From: Candidatus Cloacimonadota bacterium | GTDB lineage: Bacteria; Hydrothermota; E44-bin80 | Direction: 5' to 3' | Length of the DNA: 64,000 bases | Assembly (NCBI GenBank): GCA_004375965.1 | Contig: SOIS01000073.1 | Coordinates: forward strand, 14,802 to 78,801 | Shown: piece by piece, positions 58,904 to 64,000 of the stretch | Numbering within the stretch: position 1 is the stretch's first letter | Layout of the letters: the number at the start of each line of letters is the position of its first letter | Made by a program: the position numbers and the translations under genes | Notes under the pieces: generated by a model | Seen by the model: only the letters and a program-made list of their open reading frames with translations | What the model was told of the DNA's origin: nothing | The model's database searches: none

Positions 58904-60064
58904 TTATCTCCTGTATAATGCAATGATTTCACGGACAGTATTGATAACGTCCTGAACATCATTATCTGTTAACTTCGCTGATAACGGAATGGAAACCGTT
59001 CTATCGGATATCCAGTCCGCATTGGGAAAATCACCCTGCTTATAACCATACTTCTGCTGATAATAAGGCTGAAGATGTAAAGCAATATAATGAACTCCTA
59101 CACCAATGTTTCTCTTCGCCATCTCATAAAGGAATTCATCACGAGTGATATTCAGTTTGTCAATATCTAAAAGAAGAGTATAAAGATGATAAGAATGTTT
59201 TACCCCATTCGGAATTGGTGCTGGAATAAAAACTGGTAAATCCTTGAAGGCTTCATTATATCTTTCCCATATCTCCTTTCTCCTTTCCCAGTATTTTTCC
59301 ACCCTTGGAAGTTGATGAATTCCGATTGCTGCCTGGATATCCATCATTGTAAGTTTAAATCCTCTGTCGATAACCTGGTAGTGTTTATATTTTTTATCGA
59401 AGGAACTATGCAACTTATCCTTACGTATTCCATGGAAACTTAATCTCTTAATCTTATTGGCATACTCCTCAACATTCGTGATCGCCATCCCTCCTTCACC
59501 CGTAATGATGTTCTTTGTAACATAGAAACTGAAACATCCTATGTCTCCAAACGTGCCAGTCTTCTTGCCATTATACTCAGCTTCGATAGCATGAGCAGCA
59601 TCCTCAACTATTTTTAAGTTATGTTTGTTTGCTATGTCCACAATCCTATCCATATTACAGGGACGACCTGCAAAATAAACTGGGATAATTGCTTTTGTCT
59701 TAGGTGTAATTTGCCTTTCAATATCCTCCGGGTCCATATTCATTGTATCTTTCTCACAATCCACAAGAATAGGCTTTCCACCTGCGTGAATTACAGCATT
59801 GGCAGTAGAAGCAAATGTCATTGATGGCAATATTACTTCATTCCCGGGCTTTATACCTATGGCAAGCATTGAAAGATGCAGAGCGGCAGTGCAGGAGTTT
59901 AATGCCATTGCGTATTTTACACCTTTATACTCCTTAAACATCTCTTCAAATTTGTGCACCTTGGGTCCTGTCCCAAGCCATCCCGATTTCAACGAGGTAA
60001 CAACCTCGTCAATCTCTGCCTGCTCTATCAAAGGCGCCCCGAAGGGGAGAAAGGTTTCTCTCAT
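58904..60064 (-). CDS. DegT/DnrJ/EryC1/StrS family sugar aminotransferase
   Basis: FLPFGAP...EIDEV...SGWLGTGPKV N-terminus. PLP-lysine region FSFYVTKNI. Confidence 0.85.
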   Translation of the reverse strand: MRETFLPFGAPLIEQAEIDEVVTSLKSGWLGTGPKVHKFEEMFKEYKGVKYAMALNSCTAALHLSMLAIGIKPGNEVILPSMTFASTANAVIHAGGKPILVDCEKDTMNMDPEDIERQITPKTKAIIPVYFAGRPCNMDRIVDIANKHNLKIVEDAAHAIEAEYNGKKTGTFGDIGCFSFYVTKNIITGEGGMAITNVEEYANKIKRLSFHGIRKDKLHSSFDKKYKHYQVIDRGFKLTMMDIQAAIGIHQLPRVEKYWERRKEIWERYNEAFKDLPVFIPAPIPNGVKHSYHLYTLLLDIDKLNITRDEFLYEMAKRNIGVGVHYIALHLQPYYQQKYGYKQGDFPNADWISDRTVSIPLSAKLTDNDVQDVINTVREIIALYRR

Positions 60065-60386
60065 GAGAAAATGAGTTTATAAAGTTATTTAGTTATTGTG
60101 TTATTAAGTAAACAAATTATTTTTAAATCAATGCCTTGCTGAGTAAATATGTCATTTCTTTATTTTGTCTTTTCGATGTTTAAGTGATAAGATATAACCA
60201 TTTAATACTTTAATTAAAGTATACGCATCACCCTTTATTTCATCTCGTACTCTTCGTCGATATATCCTTCATCAAAGCATTCATTGAAATCATCGATCAG
60301 CTCACAAATCGAACCCCTGGAATGCCTGCAAAATTGAATGTTTTCCTGGTAATGGTACCTACCATATCCCTCAGCAATATTAGCAC

Positions 60387-61679
60387 CTACTCCATTAATC
60401 TCAAAATTATGTCTTTTAGCTGTGAGATGTGGGGTTTTTGTTCAACCTTCACTTCATCAGGGAGAATAACAAAGGCGTCATCCTGTGTATGCATACCAGT
60501 AAGAAATGAGTTTCCAAAGACTTCTTTTGCTTTAAAACTTCCTTTAAGGTCAAAACCATAATTGGATAAAGCAACAAGATCCGGTCCACTTTTTGTATAG
60601 GGACCGGAATAAATCTCCTCTCTTTTGAATATCCTTTTAATTATCTTCTTACCATTGCACTCAATTGATTGAAGTCTTTCTATTAATTCATCAATGAGTT
60701 CGTTATATTCACCGCCTGGAGAGACTACACCAAAAGGGTATTTTCCTTTTAGATTTATATAGATTCTACCCGGATCCATTACAAAAGCCCTGCTCCCCTT
60801 TTCTATATCTTCAACTGATTCAGGTTTATCATTTTTAAATCGTATATAACCCTCTTCCAATAGCCATCTATTAAGATATACCTCTTTTTCAATTTTTGTA
60901 AAACCGTGGTCGGAAAGAATAATAAGTTTCATCGAATTATCAATTTTTACTTTGATTTCCTTTATTATCTCATTGTCTATATGATTGTAGTAATCAAGAA
61001 ACGACTGATGTAACTTATGAGATGAATCAAAAAATGCATCAATAAGAAAATGTTGTATTCTATCCGTTCCTGTTATTACTCCAATAAAGAGGTCCCATTG
61101 CTCCTTATCCCAGAAATGTGCTATTGCCTTTTTTCTTATTTGCAGGATATCAAAAAGGTCTTTTATAAGGAAATCCTTATCTTCTCTTCCTTTAAGCGTA
61201 TCTACATCTATTCTGTAACCAATCGATTTAAGAAAGGGAATTATTCTTTCAGGATAACTCGCTTTTTCAATATGAAGAGCTACAAACCCTGCAATCAAAA
61301 TACCACATATAGGTTTTGCTGGATAAGTGCTTGGTAGATTTATAACAACCGTCCTTTTCCCTGTTTTTTCAAGTTCACTCCAGACAGGGGGATATTTCAA
61401 ATCAGAAGAATTAGGGAAACGAAGTTTGTATGAGAAAGGCGTAAGGTCTGTAAATCCAAATATACCGTGCTCTCCAGAATTTTTACCTGTCATGAAAGTA
61501 CTCCAGGCAACAGATGAAATTTCAGGGATAGTTGTGTCCATTTGATAAAAATTACCATCTTTGATTAAAGTATTGAGATTGGGCATTACATTCTCTTCTG
61601 CAAGTTTTTTTATAAGTGTATATGGAGAACCATCAAGCCCTATTACAACAATCCTCTTTCTTTTACCCAACCTAAACAT
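60387..61679 (-). CDS. alkaline-phosphatase-superfamily enzyme (type I phosphodiesterase/nucleotide pyrophosphatase-like)
   Basis: IVVIGLDGSPYTLI...MPNLNTL...TIPEISSVAWSTFMTGKNSGEHGIFGF. Confidence 0.7.
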   Translation of the reverse strand: MFRLGKRKRIVVIGLDGSPYTLIKKLAEENVMPNLNTLIKDGNFYQMDTTIPEISSVAWSTFMTGKNSGEHGIFGFTDLTPFSYKLRFPNSSDLKYPPVWSELEKTGKRTVVINLPSTYPAKPICGILIAGFVALHIEKASYPERIIPFLKSIGYRIDVDTLKGREDKDFLIKDLFDILQIRKKAIAHFWDKEQWDLFIGVITGTDRIQHFLIDAFFDSSHKLHQSFLDYYNHIDNEIIKEIKVKIDNSMKLIILSDHGFTKIEKEVYLNRWLLEEGYIRFKNDKPESVEDIEKGSRAFVMDPGRIYINLKGKYPFGVVSPGGEYNELIDELIERLQSIECNGKKIIKRIFKREEIYSGPYTKSGPDLVALSNYGFDLKGSFKAKEVFGNSFLTGMHTQDDAFVILPDEVKVEQKPHISQLKDIILRLME

Positions 61680-61973
61680 CTAATCTTCTCCTGTGGATAG
61701 TTCAAAAATTACAGTTCCTCCACCTGTGTATTCGCAGGGATCAAGGCATTGAAGATATGCTTTATTTCCTGTCTTTGCAAGCCCTAACGTTTTTGGGTCA
61801 ACTCCTTTTGAAAGAGATATATAGTAAGGCATAAAAGAAGCGAATGAATGTAGACACAATGCATCCGTTTCTTTGAGGTTAAGTCTGTACCCTTCCTCTA
61901 TCACTATTCTATCTCCCTCTTTATATACTGGACATTTGCCTTTTATTTTTATTACTTTAATGATGAGCCTCAT
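61680..61973 (-). CDS. TIGR04076-like small Cys-containing protein
   Basis: KGKCPVYKEGDRIV...ALCLHSFASFMPYY...LQCLDPCEYTGGGTVIFEL. The track ORF begins at a TTG (62048); I take the internal ATG at 61973. Stop abuts the AlkP start. Confidence 0.55.
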   Translation of the reverse strand: MRLIIKVIKIKGKCPVYKEGDRIVIEEGYRLNLKETDALCLHSFASFMPYYISLSKGVDPKTLGLAKTGNKAYLQCLDPCEYTGGGTVIFELSTGED

Positions 61974-62051
61974 TGAATTTGTTTTGTTTCTTTCCTTATG
62001 CTCCTGTACCTCGCGGTCTTGTATCATTTTTTCTTTATCTTTATCCAAGTA

Positions 62052-62663
62052 TTAGAGATAGCCGAGCATTTCAAGCCTTTTTTTGATCTCTTTCTCTTCC
62101 TTTTCAGTAACAAGTTCCTTTTCTTCATAAGCAGGAGGAATATACCCATTTGTTTCAAGCCACGTGAGCACTTTAGCTACGGATTCTTCAACCGACTCTT
62201 TATCCGTCTCAACCATAATTTCTGGATGCTCTGGCTCTTCGTAAGGGTCTGAAACCCCTGTGAAATTCTCAATCTCTCCATTTAAAGCCTTTTTGTACAA
62301 CCCTTTAATATCTCTTTCAATAAGAACCTCAAGTGGGCACTTTACATAAACCTCTATAAAATTATCGATTACCTTCCTTGCCTCACCCCGCCTTTCCCTG
62401 TAAGGCGAAATAAAGGAGACAAGAGTTACAACACCATTTCTTGAAAGAAGTTTTGCTACAAAAGTAACCCTTTCTATGTTCTTATCCCTGTCTTCTTTTG
62501 AAAACCCAAGATCCTTCGTGAGACTTTTCCTCACTATATCTCCGTCGAGTCGCTCGACATTCATGTTTCTATGAAGAAGAATCTTTGCTACTTCCTCCGC
62601 AATTGCGGATTTCCCTGAACCGGAAAGCCCTGTAAACCATAATGTAAAACCTTTATGTTCCAT
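62052..62663 (-). CDS. cysC: adenylylsulfate (APS) kinase
   Basis: FTLWFTGLSGSGKSAIA (P-loop), LDGDIVRKSL, GFSKEDRDKNIERV. Confidence 0.85.
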   Translation of the reverse strand: MEHKGFTLWFTGLSGSGKSAIAEEVAKILLHRNMNVERLDGDIVRKSLTKDLGFSKEDRDKNIERVTFVAKLLSRNGVVTLVSFISPYRERRGEARKVIDNFIEVYVKCPLEVLIERDIKGLYKKALNGEIENFTGVSDPYEEPEHPEIMVETDKESVEESVAKVLTWLETNGYIPPAYEEKELVTEKEEKEIKKRLEMLGYL

Positions 62664-62671
62664 AAATACTC

Positions 62672-63823
62672 CTATTCTACAAATGGATTATCAAACGACG
62701 TTAGTATTTCTGCGATTTCCTCCCTCATTATTTCACCAGGAGGACACTCTTTCTTTGAAATCATCTCTCGGATAACTGTCCCACTCGGCTTGACTCTGTC
62801 GGAGTCCGAATGTCCACAGGTTTTTACTGTGGCAATTGAAGCACATTTCTTACAGTAAAAAGAATGTTCAAATTTTAAAGGTTCAATCCCGAGGTCGGGG
62901 AATCTATCAAACATTCTCTGGGCATCAAATGTGCCATAGAATTTACCTACACCTGCATGATCTCTTCCAACAACAAAATGGGTACAACCAAAATTCTTCC
63001 TCATAATAGCATGATGTATTGCTTCTCTTGGTCCTGCATAGTGCATCCTTGTAGGAAGGATACTCATAACCACTCTATCCTTTGGATAAAAATCATTCAT
63101 CATCTTTTTATAAGTCTCAAGAATAACTTCATCCTTGAAATCGCCACTCTTCTTTCTACCCATTAGGGGATTTATAAAGAGTCCATCCACCACTTCAAGT
63201 GCGCATCTCTGGATGTATTCGTGAGCCCTATGTATAGGATTTCTTGTTTGAAATGCCACGACTGTATTCCACCCCTTCTCACGAAATAGTACCCTTGTTT
63301 CTCTCGTGTCAAGGTTAAATTCTGGAAAAGGTTCCCTTGAATCATCAATAAGGTCAATCTTTCCTCCAATGAAATAATCCTTTTTATTAAGCATCTCATA
63401 AACACCAGGATGACTTTTGTCCACTGTGCCAAAGACATTCTTTGAAATTTTTTCTTTATCAAACGAAAACTTATCCTCAACAAAAAGAAGAGCACTATAG
63501 TTACCCATCTCATCTACCAATAGAACATGTTCGCCGATTTCAATGGTATCTGCTTTCTCTTTTTCAACATCCAGAATAATTGGAATTGTCCAGACCGCCC
63601 CTGAAGGAAGATGCATTTCGTCTACTACTGTCTCCAGTTCAAGTTTACTCATAAACCCTTCAAGCGGACTGAATATACCCCTCGCTATATTCCTTACATC
63701 TTTTAATATCTCGTTATCCACTGAAATTTTACTATATTCACTTGCCTTCTCTGTTACCTCCCTTCTCTTTTCTCCAAGAAGTATCCTTTTTACAAGTTTA
63801 TTTCCGTGTGGTCTCGAAAGCAT
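62672..63823 (-). CDS. sat: sulfate adenylyltransferase (ATP sulfurylase)
   Basis: VVAFQTRNPIHRAHE, GPREAIHHAIMRKNFGCTHFVVGRDHAGVG. Confidence 0.85.
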   Translation of the reverse strand: MLSRPHGNKLVKRILLGEKRREVTEKASEYSKISVDNEILKDVRNIARGIFSPLEGFMSKLELETVVDEMHLPSGAVWTIPIILDVEKEKADTIEIGEHVLLVDEMGNYSALLFVEDKFSFDKEKISKNVFGTVDKSHPGVYEMLNKKDYFIGGKIDLIDDSREPFPEFNLDTRETRVLFREKGWNTVVAFQTRNPIHRAHEYIQRCALEVVDGLFINPLMGRKKSGDFKDEVILETYKKMMNDFYPKDRVVMSILPTRMHYAGPREAIHHAIMRKNFGCTHFVVGRDHAGVGKFYGTFDAQRMFDRFPDLGIEPLKFEHSFYCKKCASIATVKTCGHSDSDRVKPSGTVIREMISKKECPPGEIMREEIAEILTSFDNPFVE

Positions 63824-64000
63824 AGTAATTCCCTCCTCCCTTAATATAACTCCAAAGTAAAAAGTTAAAAGTAAAATTTAACAGATAATTGTGTAAATCG
63901 TACATCCATAGTTCAATTCTCTGTAAATTTAAATAGCCCTCGGCATCTTCAGACCGCTCCAGATTAGCTATCCTACCATTAAATAGATATTTATGTCCAC

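Noticed and set aside
61998-62252. 84-aa plus-strand ORF spanning the TIGR04076-like/cysC junction
   Set aside because: Antisense to two supported genes. Phe/Leu-rich junk translation.

Overview
This is an AT-rich (roughly mid-30s % GC by eye) bacterial chromosomal segment. It is densely coded, mostly on the minus strand, with many translationally coupled or overlapping gene junctions. The organism looks like a diderm anaerobe, judged from beta-barrel outer-membrane proteins ending in a C-terminal Phe, TonB-C, pilT, butyrate kinase and formimidoyltransferase-cyclodeaminase. I see no rRNA or tRNA genes, no CRISPR array and no obvious transposase or integrase.

Recognisable housekeeping genes are ispD, purA, recJ, secD/secF, mltG, ruvX, cdd, accB/accC, pilT, buk, sat/cysC and an aldehyde dehydrogenase. 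A site-2 protease, patatin, an M23 peptidase, a YfiH/PgeF-family protein and glycosyltransferases are also present. Signal-transduction genes are unusually dense:
- two HD-GYP proteins, one with GAF-GAF and one with four PAS domains
- cheR-cheD-cheB without cheA/W/Y
- three proteins with a DUF4388-like N-terminal domain and/or TPR repeats

The most unusual things I can support from sequence are:
1. A 642-aa protein made of two tandem DnaA-type AAA+ modules, without DnaA domains I/II or IV, that heads the operon ending in cheR-cheD-cheB.
2. A 1105-aa apparently cytoplasmic fusion of a duplicated, partly degenerate MCP-like signalling region to a C-terminal family-5 solute-binding-protein domain.
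3. A tightly coupled HD-domain, JAMM/MPN, PHP-phosphatase and butyrate-kinase operon.
4. A sulfate-activation cluster (sat, cysC, TIGR04076-like small Cys protein, AlkP-family enzyme) abutting an amino-sugar/glycan cluster (DegT, EamA-like, WbqC, GT4).
5. Two families of GC-rich palindromic hairpin repeats: a 28-nt perfect palindrome present twice, and a TTAACCCCGTTAG-type inverted-repeat family at three loci.
6. A compact three-way-junction-like structured element between cdd and ruvX.
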